Assembly (NCBI GenBank): GCA_902785635.1
Contig: CACZZH010000001.1
Span: 14,229-78,228, forward strand
Length of the DNA stretch: 64,000 bases
From: an uncultured Lachnospiraceae bacterium
GTDB lineage: Bacteria; Bacillota; Clostridia; Lachnospirales; Lachnospiraceae
Direction of reading: 5' to 3'
Position 1 is the first letter of the stretch; every line of letters begins with the position of its first letter. The notes beneath the pieces were generated by a model, which had not been told where the DNA came from, ran no database searches, and was given only the letters and a program-made list of their open reading frames with translations. The translations under genes were made by a program, and so were the position numbers. Of the stretch, positions 8,071-16,757 are shown piece after piece.

Positions 8071-8892
8071 TCAGCTGCTCCACTGACCAAGCATTTCCTG
8101 CATCCAGGCATATACATCCATGGCGTAGGCGCTCTTCAAAGCATCCGGTGCAAAGACGGTCGGAATGTCTCCCTCTGCGATCACATGCCCTTTCTGCAGG
8201 AGCAAGGCACTGTCGCCATAAGCCTTTGCCAGACTCAGATCATGTACTACCGAGATCACCGCTCTGCCCTTCTGTCCAAGCCATTCTGAGACCAGCGCAA
8301 AGATCTGCTTCTGATAGATCAGATCCAGATGATTGGTCGGTTCATCCAGGATCAGGACGTCCGGATCCTGCGCAAACAGCTGCGCCAGAAAAGTCCGCTG
8401 CAGTTCACCGCCGGAAAGCTGCAGAACGGAATGATCCTGCAGGTTTGTCAGGCCGGTCATTTCAAGCGCCTGATCCACAAGGTCCTCTTTTTTCTCATCG
8501 GTACCGCCCAGGAGACCTTTTCGGAAGGCATAGCGGCCCAGTCCGACAACTTCACGAATCGTGAAGGAATATCCCACATAATGGTTCTGGGAAAGGATCC
8601 CGATGTTCCTGGCAAGCTCTGCCGGCCTGTACTCACGGATATTTCTGCCGCGAAGAAAGATCTGGCCAGAATATGGCGCTTCCCCGGAGATCGCATTGAT
8701 GATCGTCGACTTACCGGCTCCGTTCGGACCGACGATCATAAGCCACTCTCCCTCGTGCACGGAAAAAGAAACATTGTCAAGGATCGTTATATCCCCGTAG
8801 CGTACACTGACACTGTTTCCCTCCAGAAGTTTCTTCTTCTGTTCCCTTGCCTGTATTTCCCTACATTCATCTTTTCGTTCTTTATGGCTCAT
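8071..8892 (-). CDS. ABC transporter ATP-binding protein (iron-chelate/cobalamin type, FecE/BtuD-like)
   Basis: Walker A GPNGAGKST, signature LSGGELQR and Walker B LILDEPT. The ATG at 8892 follows GGAGGG and abuts the upstream stop codon. Confidence 0.85.
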   Translation of the reverse strand: MSHKERKDECREIQAREQKKKLLEGNSVSVRYGDITILDNVSFSVHEGEWLMIVGPNGAGKSTIINAISGEAPYSGQIFLRGRNIREYRPAELARNIGILSQNHYVGYSFTIREVVGLGRYAFRKGLLGGTDEKKEDLVDQALEMTGLTNLQDHSVLQLSGGELQRTFLAQLFAQDPDVLILDEPTNHLDLIYQKQIFALVSEWLGQKGRAVISVVHDLSLAKAYGDSALLLQKGHVIAEGDIPTVFAPDALKSAYAMDVYAWMQEMLGQWSS

Positions 8893-8893
8893 T

Positions 8894-10843
8894 TTATCGC
8901 CCTCCCCTGGAGGTCCTTGTCTTGTAGAATATATAGACAAAGAGAACTGCGCCGATAAACGAAGTCACCACCCCGATGGGCAGCTCCAGCGGCCGCAGGA
9001 TCACACGGGCGGTAAGATCAGCCAGCATAAGAAACACTGCTCCGCCGAACATCACGGCGGGCAGAAGTCTTCGGTGATTAGGCCCGGTGATCATCCGCAC
9101 GATGTGCGGTGTGACCAGCCCAACAAATCCGATGGTCCCGCCTATGGATACACATACACCGATCAGCGCCGATACGGTGATCAGCACAATGATTCGCACC
9201 CGCCGCACATTCACACCCACATGCCTTGCGTTGTCCTCCCCGATGGCAAAAGCATTCAGTTCCTGCGCAAACCGGAACAGGATCACATACCCCGCAGCAA
9301 GTACCGCTCCGAGAACGGCTGCACTGCGGTAACTGCTGCCTGCCAGAGATCCCATCGTCCAGAACGTGATACTCTTGACCTTGTCATGGGCAAAGGTCAC
9401 TACCAGCGACATGATGCTGTTCACGAACATCGAATAGATGATTCCGATCAGGACAATGGTATTGGTGGACAGTGAATAGTCCAGCCGATACGCGAGAGCC
9501 ATGATGACCATGAAGGATAAAAATGCGAATCCGATCGCCATCACCATGGTTCCGCTGAAAGGAGAATGCGGCAGGATAATATTAAAAGCGATGGCAAGCA
9601 CTGCGCCGAGCGATGCTCCCGAGGATACCCCCAGCGTGGATCCGTCCGCCAGCGGATTCTTCAGCAGTCCCTGCACTGCACTCCCGCACAGGGAAAGCGA
9701 TGCTCCGGTCAGTGCTACACACATCACGCGGGGCAGCCTCACAGACAGGATGATGGAACCTGCCGTGATATCCCCGGGAACCGGCTGCCGGGTGATTCCC
9801 TTCCACAGGACCAGCACCGTATCCGCAAAAGGAACATTAACGCTCCCGATGCACACACAGATGATCAGCGTAAGCAGTGTGACCGCAGCAAATCCGAGAA
9901 GGATCAACGGGTGAAAGCCTGCGTTCTCTACGGCTTCGGCCTGTGTACCGTACACAAAGTCATACAGCATCTTTGCTCCGTCCACCAGCCTTGGCACCGG
10001 ACGGGACAGTTCATTATTCTGCAGGTTCAGGATGGAATGATCTGCAACAGCCGTAATGTTCTCCCATCCTGCACGGGATTCGATCTCCTCCTCAGGAGTG
10101 GGGCCTTCCCCAAAGTACATCGTGATCGTTACGATATGATCCGGATTGCGTTCGATGACCTGCTCCTCAGATATTTCCGCCCAGCCGTCCACATCGTCAA
10201 ACACATTCTTCAGGCCGATCATGCCGGCGATCTCATCCATGAAAGTCCCTTTTCCGGCTGCCCACAGACCATATTCCAGCGGAGACACCTCAAAATACAC
10301 TGTCTCGGGGTCTTCCGGCATTTCCACGGCAAGCTCCGCGAATGCCTGCTTCATATCCTCCACGAGCACCTTAGCTTCTTCTTCTTTTCCGGTAAGCTCT
10401 GCGATCATTTCGATGGCTGTATAAACGCCGTCAATGTTCTGCGCATCCGACACCACCACATGTACACCGGCATTCTCCAGCTGTTCGATCTGCTCCTCTG
10501 ACTGTGCCATGGTGCCCATCAGAAGGACCTGAGGTTTCAACTCGATAATCTGTTCAATATTCGTATCATATCCGGACTGTACAGAAGGAACATCAAACAC
10601 TTCCGCAGGATAATCACAATATTCACCGCGTCCCACCAGCATGTCTCCTGCTCCAAGAGCATACAGAATCTCGCAGTCGGCAGCCGTGAGAGCCACTACA
10701 CGCTCTACATCCTCTTCAATGGAGATCTCGCGTCCCATCATATCCGTTACTGTTACCTGGGCGGGTACAGTCTGTACCAGCGCCGCAGAAAACAGCATTG
10801 CGCCTGCAGCAGCGATTCCGGTGATCCATTTTCCTGTCATCAT
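8894..10843 (-). CDS. Fusion of a periplasmic-binding-protein domain (BtuF/FhuD class) to a FecCD-family type II ABC permease
   Basis: N-terminal hydrophobic signal/anchor. ~300-aa class-III binding-protein region (VVALTAADCEILYALGAGDMLVG…). Then a FecCD core (RLPRVMCVALTGASLSLCGSAVQGLLKNPLADGSTLGVSSGASLG). Single uninterrupted frame. ATG at 10843 follows GGAAAGGAAGGA. Confidence 0.8.
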   Translation of the reverse strand: MMTGKWITGIAAAGAMLFSAALVQTVPAQVTVTDMMGREISIEEDVERVVALTAADCEILYALGAGDMLVGRGEYCDYPAEVFDVPSVQSGYDTNIEQIIELKPQVLLMGTMAQSEEQIEQLENAGVHVVVSDAQNIDGVYTAIEMIAELTGKEEEAKVLVEDMKQAFAELAVEMPEDPETVYFEVSPLEYGLWAAGKGTFMDEIAGMIGLKNVFDDVDGWAEISEEQVIERNPDHIVTITMYFGEGPTPEEEIESRAGWENITAVADHSILNLQNNELSRPVPRLVDGAKMLYDFVYGTQAEAVENAGFHPLILLGFAAVTLLTLIICVCIGSVNVPFADTVLVLWKGITRQPVPGDITAGSIILSVRLPRVMCVALTGASLSLCGSAVQGLLKNPLADGSTLGVSSGASLGAVLAIAFNIILPHSPFSGTMVMAIGFAFLSFMVIMALAYRLDYSLSTNTIVLIGIIYSMFVNSIMSLVVTFAHDKVKSITFWTMGSLAGSSYRSAAVLGAVLAAGYVILFRFAQELNAFAIGEDNARHVGVNVRRVRIIVLITVSALIGVCVSIGGTIGFVGLVTPHIVRMITGPNHRRLLPAVMFGGAVFLMLADLTARVILRPLELPIGVVTSFIGAVLFVYIFYKTRTSRGGR

Positions 10844-10983
10844 ACTCAATCCTTCCTTTCCTTTGATGTGTAAAACTGCTCTCCGCTTATACCGGAGAAT
10901 AACATTATTATAGCAAAGTCCGCAGGCGGACTTTAACTTCCCCTGCCTTGCAAAAACGAATATCTCATTTTATACTGAAGAAT

Positions 10984-11796
10984 ATGAAAGATCTGTTTAT
11001 TTCCGACCTGCTGCCTGAGCAGGATCTTCAGGACATTTTATTGCCGGACCATGAGACCGGCCTGGAAAGCATCTGTTTTTCGATCGCAGACAATCTGGAT
11101 CGTTTTTCCGAAACTCTCCGGGAAGAAAAAGAAAGGCTTCACCGGCTTGGCGATCCGCCTCTCACTCTCCACGGGCCTTTCCTGGATCTCAATCCCATGT
11201 GTTATGACAGCCTGGTACGTCAGGCGACCCTGCGCCGCTTCTCCCAGGCCTATGAAGCTGCGCAGATTCTGGGGGCTTCCCGCATCGTTTACCACAGCGG
11301 TATGATCCCCACGGTCTACTATCTGGAAGGCTGGGCGCAGCGGATGGCCGACTTCTGGAACCATTTTCTGAACGGGAAATCCGGGATCACCGTCTGCATG
11401 GAGAATGTACTGGACCGCTATGCCGCTCCGTTCGCCGAGGTCTGTTCTCTCGTCGAACATCCGGACTTTGGAATCTGTCTGGATCTGGGGCACATCTGGT
11501 GCTACAGTAAAGATCCTCTCCCTTCATGGATCGCGGCCCTGGACGGACGGATCCGCCACGTCCATGTGCATGACAATCACCGGAAAGCGGATGAACATCT
11601 TGCCATCGGCCGCGGGAACCTTCCCTTTTCACAGACCATTCCGGTACTTGCAGCACAGAATCCGGGGCTGTCCTGGACAATCGAATGCAGCACAAAAGAA
11701 GATGTGCTCTGTTCCGTCGCTGCCCTGGAAAAAATATCCGGCCGGCCGGTTCATTCCTTCAATTCAACGCACAGCATCGTCAGATCATCAAACTGA
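10984..11796 (+). CDS. Sugar-phosphate isomerase/epimerase (xylose-isomerase-like TIM barrel)
   Basis: Metal-ligand-style blocks MENVLD, LDLGHIW and HVHVHDN. The track start at 10948 is TTG, so I use the ATG at 10984 (weak ribosome-binding site). Confidence 0.65.
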   Translation: MKDLFISDLLPEQDLQDILLPDHETGLESICFSIADNLDRFSETLREEKERLHRLGDPPLTLHGPFLDLNPMCYDSLVRQATLRRFSQAYEAAQILGASRIVYHSGMIPTVYYLEGWAQRMADFWNHFLNGKSGITVCMENVLDRYAAPFAEVCSLVEHPDFGICLDLGHIWCYSKDPLPSWIAALDGRIRHVHVHDNHRKADEHLAIGRGNLPFSQTIPVLAAQNPGLSWTIECSTKEDVLCSVAALEKISGRPVHSFNSTHSIVRSSN

Positions 11797-13388
11797 TCTG
11801 CATCACCGACAAACTCATCAACACTTCTGTGGATTCCGTCAAGGACCCCTTCGGGCGGTGCCTCCTTACAGGCATTCAGAACATCGAGCATTCTCCTGAT
11901 GGTAAACATCTGTTCCTCTGCGTTGGTTGCCTCGGGAACACCGTCCGTATAAAGAAACAGTTTATCCCCCTTCTCAAGCTGTATCTCAAAATCGCGGTAG
12001 ACCGTATCCGGAAAGATTCCGACTGCGATCTGGTGTTTTGTCTTAAACAGACTGGCTCCGCCGTTCCTGCTGATGAGTGCGGCATCCTCATGGCCTGCGT
12101 TGACAGCCGTGATCAGACCGGTCGATATCTCCAGGATACCGAGCCAGAGTGTCACGAACATATCCGCATGATTACGTTCACAGATGATGTTATTGACAAA
12201 CGTCAGGATCTCTCCGGGCTTTCCGCCCATGTTGATTCTGCCGCTGATGATCATATTGGTCTCCATCATGAACAGTGCGGCAGGAACGCTCTTCCCGGAC
12301 ACATCTCCGATCACCAGAGCCAGGTGATCGTCATCGGTCAGAAAGAAATTGTAAAAGTCTCCTCCGATCTCCTTGGCCGGCGTCATGTACGCATAGATAT
12401 CAAAATCCGTCCTTTCGGGAAATGCGGGGAATGTATTCGGTATGGCATTTTTCTGGATCGTTCTTGCAAAGGACATTTCGGCGCCGAACCGTTCCTTTTC
12501 AGCTGTGGCCTCTGTCAGATTGTCCATGTAGTTCACCATATCCGTTTCCATCTTATCGATGGCGCGGGCAAGATTTGCGATCTCAGCATAGCTGCTGATC
12601 GATCCGAGCGGTTCGCCCTGGGTATTTTCCGCTGCGAAGCGGGAAGCTTCCTCCGAGATCTTCCGGATCGGACGCACGAACTGTTTCCGGATAATGAATG
12701 AAATAAACAGACCTGACAATACGGACAGAAGGACCGCTGTAATACTGATATTGATCAGATAAGGCCGGTTCGCATCATTCAGTTCCCGGATCGGACGCTG
12801 CACACAGAGAATTCCGGATACATCACCATCGGAGTTCTTTACCGGTACCATAGTGGTAATGTGCGGATGAGAGCCGTCCTCCGGATCGGTACGGTAAACC
12901 GTTTCATACGGTTTCTCTTTCTTATAGATGGTTTCATACTTCTTCCGGTATTCCTCATTCGTCGTATCCCGTTTATGGCCGAGTTCCCACGCCGTATATT
13001 CGGAATTGTCGACCGCATTGTTTACGAGATTGAAAACAGATACAAATCTTCCGTAATCTGACGTATCCACCTTGATGACATAGATCAATGATACGCTCAT
13101 TTTCCTGCAGTAAGCACCCAGAGCCTGTTTCACTCTCTCAAATTCTGTCATTTCATGACCGGAAAGATAAAGCTCCAGATGATCCCCGTTGATCAGCGAT
13201 GTAGCAGTATCCGCCATGTGATAAGTGGATGTGGAATATTCCTTCTTAAAAGCAAATGTGAAACTGTAATAACCATGTATACTGACAAAAATATCAAATG
13301 CGAGCAGCAGAAAAACAACGGTCCCGATCATATTGGCCGCAAGACTGGCTCTGATTTTTTTTATCCTGTTTATCATCTTGTATACCAT
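11751..13388 (-). CDS. Membrane sensor phosphatase: Cache-like extracytoplasmic domain + HAMP + PP2C/SpoIIE domain
   Basis: Two TM segments flank a ~230-aa domain. HAMP-like RKQFVRPIRKISEEASRFAA. PP2C blocks GGDFYNF, GDVSGKSVPAALFM and LYTDGVPEA. Start uncertain (ATG at 13388 or 13376). Confidence 0.75.
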   Translation of the reverse strand: MVYKMINRIKKIRASLAANMIGTVVFLLLAFDIFVSIHGYYSFTFAFKKEYSTSTYHMADTATSLINGDHLELYLSGHEMTEFERVKQALGAYCRKMSVSLIYVIKVDTSDYGRFVSVFNLVNNAVDNSEYTAWELGHKRDTTNEEYRKKYETIYKKEKPYETVYRTDPEDGSHPHITTMVPVKNSDGDVSGILCVQRPIRELNDANRPYLINISITAVLLSVLSGLFISFIIRKQFVRPIRKISEEASRFAAENTQGEPLGSISSYAEIANLARAIDKMETDMVNYMDNLTEATAEKERFGAEMSFARTIQKNAIPNTFPAFPERTDFDIYAYMTPAKEIGGDFYNFFLTDDDHLALVIGDVSGKSVPAALFMMETNMIISGRINMGGKPGEILTFVNNIICERNHADMFVTLWLGILEISTGLITAVNAGHEDAALISRNGGASLFKTKHQIAVGIFPDTVYRDFEIQLEKGDKLFLYTDGVPEATNAEEQMFTIRRMLDVLNACKEAPPEGVLDGIHRSVDEFVGDADQFDDLTMLCVELKE

Positions 13389-13428
13389 TACCAAATATCC
13401 GGAGCGCACTGCCCGCAGCAAGTCCGGA

Positions 13429-14112
13429 CTATGGAAGCAGATCCGTGATCTCCTTCTCACCGAACTTCCTGGTCCATGCCTTTGTAAACATTTCCATTGA
13501 CTCACTGGTGGACGGATGCGCGATCAGCCGCCCGAACATCTCCGGTGTGATGGTCACCGCATCGCATCCGATCACTGCCAGGTCCTTGATCTGTTCCACT
13601 GTGCGGAAGCTCGCTCCAAGCACTTTGCAGTGGTAATCATAATTGCGCATGATACGCAGCATTTCACCGATCACGCGCACTCCCTGTGCTCCGAGATTAT
13701 CAATATGGCTCACATAAGGTGCTACATAATCCGCTCCTGCCTTTGCCGCGACAAGTGCCTGCATCGTAGAATGAATCACTGTTACACAGATATCGATCCC
13801 TGCCTTTTTACATGGTGCGATCGCCCGGTATCCTTCCCGGATCGCCGGCAGCTTTACCACGAGCCGGTCGGTAAAGTAATCGGACAGTCTCTTTGCCTCA
13901 TCTACCATCTCCTGTGCATTGTCACCGGTCACCTGGAAGAAGATCTTCAGGTCCTTCTCTTCAACAAAATCCCGGTATTCCGCCATCATCTCACTGACAG
14001 GCCTGCTTGCCGTACTCAGTATATTAGGATTTGTCGTAAAGCCTTCGATAGGATAGTATTCTGCCACCTTCTTCACTGCATCCAGATCAGCGATATCTAC
14101 AAATAATTCCAT
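13429..14112 (-). CDS. Transaldolase / fructose-6-phosphate aldolase family (TalC/FSA type)
   Basis: MELFVDIADLDAVKK…GFTTNPNIL N-terminus, Schiff-base lysine context VVKLPA, and ~220-aa length. AGGAGA ribosome-binding site. Confidence 0.85.
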   Translation of the reverse strand: MELFVDIADLDAVKKVAEYYPIEGFTTNPNILSTASRPVSEMMAEYRDFVEEKDLKIFFQVTGDNAQEMVDEAKRLSDYFTDRLVVKLPAIREGYRAIAPCKKAGIDICVTVIHSTMQALVAAKAGADYVAPYVSHIDNLGAQGVRVIGEMLRIMRNYDYHCKVLGASFRTVEQIKDLAVIGCDAVTITPEMFGRLIAHPSTSESMEMFTKAWTRKFGEKEITDLLP

Positions 14113-14148
14113 ATGTTGTCTCCTGTTCTTTTTCGTATTTTGAGTTTA

Positions 14149-15219
14149 TCAGTTGTAGAAAAAAGCATACCGGGTCATCGCATCCATCAGCGCCTTCACA
14201 TTTTCCAGAGGCACGCCCGGATACAGTCCGTAGATCAGCATCAATCCTCCTTCCGGGCATCCCACTTTCTCAACACACCGCCGAACATGCGCGTCGATCT
14301 CATCCGGCGTCCCGAAAGGCGTGATGCTCTGTCTGTCGATATCCAGGTCTACGCAGGTATTTCCCCGGAATTTACCGGCGATCCAGTCTACGCCGTTCAC
14401 AAGATCCTGCAGATTGATGATATCCACGCCTCCTTCTATGATATCATCCGCCAGAGCACGGATATTTCCGTCCGAATGCATGTGAATGATCTTGCCGGCA
14501 CTGCGGACCGGCTCCAGCATTCTCTGGTAAAGAGGCTTGATGTATTCACGGAACAGTCCCGGGCTGATCATAGGCCCGGTCTGCATACCCAGATCCTCCG
14601 GAATCCGAACAATATCCACATCCGCTTTCAGGAAATGACGTATCAGCGCCAGATTGAACCGGCAGAGCCTTTCAAGCAGATCCAGCACCTCCGGTTCCCC
14701 GTCAGCCAGATCGGTGATCGTATCTACATAGCCGCGGATATCACACAGCTGCTGAAAGGTATGACCATGGCGCAGGTCACCGTAGGTCGTTTCTCCTCTG
14801 GCTTTGGCCGCACCGATCTGCGCTTCAAATACATCCCAGTCAACCGGGCCGAGACCCATGCTGTGCTCCGGATCGGGAAAACGGTACTCCGGATATTTAG
14901 AAATATCCGCCAGAGGATGCTGATGTACCGAACCTACGATTCCATCCATCGCAGTGGTCCACACACACCCGAAATCATCCGTGTAAGGGCTGTCCGCCCG
15001 GGCATTGGCATCATATTCCGGCACAAAGGGAGTGTCCCAACGTTCAAATCCGGGGAACAGAAAAGGATGCTCTTCCATGAGATCCAGCAGGGCATCCTGA
15101 TCATAATGTGTCCAGCAGGCTGCGTTAATATGGAACGTCATCGGAATATAATCCGGCCGTTCAAACCGGATGGCACGCAGAAGATTATCACGGTCACTGG
15201 ATGATGTCGAAGCATACAT
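14149..15219 (-). CDS. Uroporphyrinogen-decarboxylase (URO-D) fold family protein, function unclear
   Basis: ~355 aa with URO-D/MtaA-like layout (…IIHMHSDGN…, …DIINLQD…). Lacks the N-terminal HemE signature as far as I can see. Confidence 0.6.
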   Translation of the reverse strand: MYASTSSSDRDNLLRAIRFERPDYIPMTFHINAACWTHYDQDALLDLMEEHPFLFPGFERWDTPFVPEYDANARADSPYTDDFGCVWTTAMDGIVGSVHQHPLADISKYPEYRFPDPEHSMGLGPVDWDVFEAQIGAAKARGETTYGDLRHGHTFQQLCDIRGYVDTITDLADGEPEVLDLLERLCRFNLALIRHFLKADVDIVRIPEDLGMQTGPMISPGLFREYIKPLYQRMLEPVRSAGKIIHMHSDGNIRALADDIIEGGVDIINLQDLVNGVDWIAGKFRGNTCVDLDIDRQSITPFGTPDEIDAHVRRCVEKVGCPEGGLMLIYGLYPGVPLENVKALMDAMTRYAFFYN

Positions 15220-15352
15220 AACAGTACTTCCTTTCTTACTTTATTCATCATAACACCAAAATCGTGATCTGCATAGATTGCAGGTGTCATCATATCCTCC
15301 TCATGCTATAATAAGTGCTGCCAGTTCCTGACCCCTTTAAAAGGAGCACACA

Positions 15353-16612
15353 ATGAGTACCGAAAAAGAAAGTTCTCTTCCGCTCTGGACAAGAGATTTT
15401 ACGATCATTACGCTTGGCAGTGTTGTATCCATGCTCGGAAATGCCCTGTCCGGCTTTGCCATGAGCCTTATGGTCCTGGATATCTCAGGCTCCACGCTGA
15501 TGTACGCAGTGTACATTGTCATGTACACACTTCCGCAGCTGTTCGTCCCGATCATCTCCGGCGCATTACTGGACCGGTTCTCCCGAAAGAAAACGATCTA
15601 TATGCTCGATTTTCTTTCAGCATTCCTCTATGTCATGATGGCTCTGATCCTGTGGACAGGCTGGTTTTCATTTCCGCTGTTCGCCGTATACTGTTTTATT
15701 CTCGGCAGCATCCAAAGCACCTACATGGTAGCTTATGAAAGCTTCTATCCCCTGCTGATTCCTGAAGGAAATTTCCAGAAAGCCTATTCCATCGCCGGGG
15801 TCCTGGAGACCCTTTCCGCTGTCATGGTCCCGGTGTCCGCCTTCCTGTACAGACAGATCGGTCTCTCTCCGCTGATGGCAGTCAATGGCCTGTGTTTCTT
15901 CATCGCTGCAGTTATGGAAACACAGATCCGGACAGATGAACGTTACATTCAGGTTCAAAAGAAATCTCAGCAGAAAGGGATCCGGACATCCCGGCAGGTA
16001 CTTGCGGACATCCGTGAAGGATTTTTGTACCTGAAAGAAGAAAAGGGACTTCTTGCTGTCGCTGTCTATTTCGCCTTCTCTTCCATATGCGGAGGCGTAT
16101 CCACCGTGATCGTTCTTCCCTGGTTCAAAGCGACCTTTGAAAACGGAGAGTACCTGTATATGCTGGTATGGGGGACAGCGCTTGCTGCAAGAGCACTCGG
16201 CGGACTCATACACTACCAGATCAATATCCCGCCGAAATACCGGTACCAAATCGCTCTGACTGTATATGTCGTCATTTCGATATGCGAAGGAATTTACCTG
16301 TTCTTCCCGATACCGGTCATGATGTGTCTCTGCTTCATTGTCGGTATCGGAGGCATTACCAGTTATACGATCCGTATCTCTGCGACGCAGAGCTACGTTC
16401 CTGATGAGCGTAAAGGGCGCTTTAACGGAGCATTTAATATGCTCTCCACTGCAGGAGCCCTCGCAGGTGAAGTTCTTGCAGGCCTGCTCACCCTGATCGT
16501 TCCGGAACGGATCGTACTGTTGATCGTAATGCTTCTGTGCGCACTGGCCGCAGTCATTTTTATCGGCGGAGGCCGCGCTCATGTGGCTCATATTTATAAC
16601 AGGAGCCGGTAG
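15353..16612 (+). CDS. MFS transporter
   Basis: ~12 TM helices, an LDRFSRKK loop after TM2, and an AAGGAG ribosome-binding site. Confidence 0.8.
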   Translation: MSTEKESSLPLWTRDFTIITLGSVVSMLGNALSGFAMSLMVLDISGSTLMYAVYIVMYTLPQLFVPIISGALLDRFSRKKTIYMLDFLSAFLYVMMALILWTGWFSFPLFAVYCFILGSIQSTYMVAYESFYPLLIPEGNFQKAYSIAGVLETLSAVMVPVSAFLYRQIGLSPLMAVNGLCFFIAAVMETQIRTDERYIQVQKKSQQKGIRTSRQVLADIREGFLYLKEEKGLLAVAVYFAFSSICGGVSTVIVLPWFKATFENGEYLYMLVWGTALAARALGGLIHYQINIPPKYRYQIALTVYVVISICEGIYLFFPIPVMMCLCFIVGIGGITSYTIRISATQSYVPDERKGRFNGAFNMLSTAGALAGEVLAGLLTLIVPERIVLLIVMLLCALAAVIFIGGGRAHVAHIYNRSR

Positions 16613-16712
16613 CATCCCTACGGATGGCACCGGTTCCTGACAGGCATCGGGACAGGGGCCGGTTCTCTGTCCCAAAACAGACGGCCTACGCTCTCAGACA
16701 TGTGCGCCGAAT

Positions 16713-16745
16713 CAGAAAAACGGACCGGGAATATCTCCCGGTCCG
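16713..16745 (-). terminator. Rho-independent terminator after the TlpA-like gene
   Basis: CGGACCGGGA-4 nt-TCCCGGTCCG. On the minus strand it is followed by TTTTTCTG. Confidence 0.65.
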
Positions 16746-16757
16746 CCAATGTTTATC

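Noticed and set aside
10844-10983. Possible cobalamin or other riboswitch in front of the BtuF/FecCD-like importer.
   Set aside because: Only ~100-140 nt are available and no B12-box-like sequence is visible. That is too short for a cobalamin aptamer.
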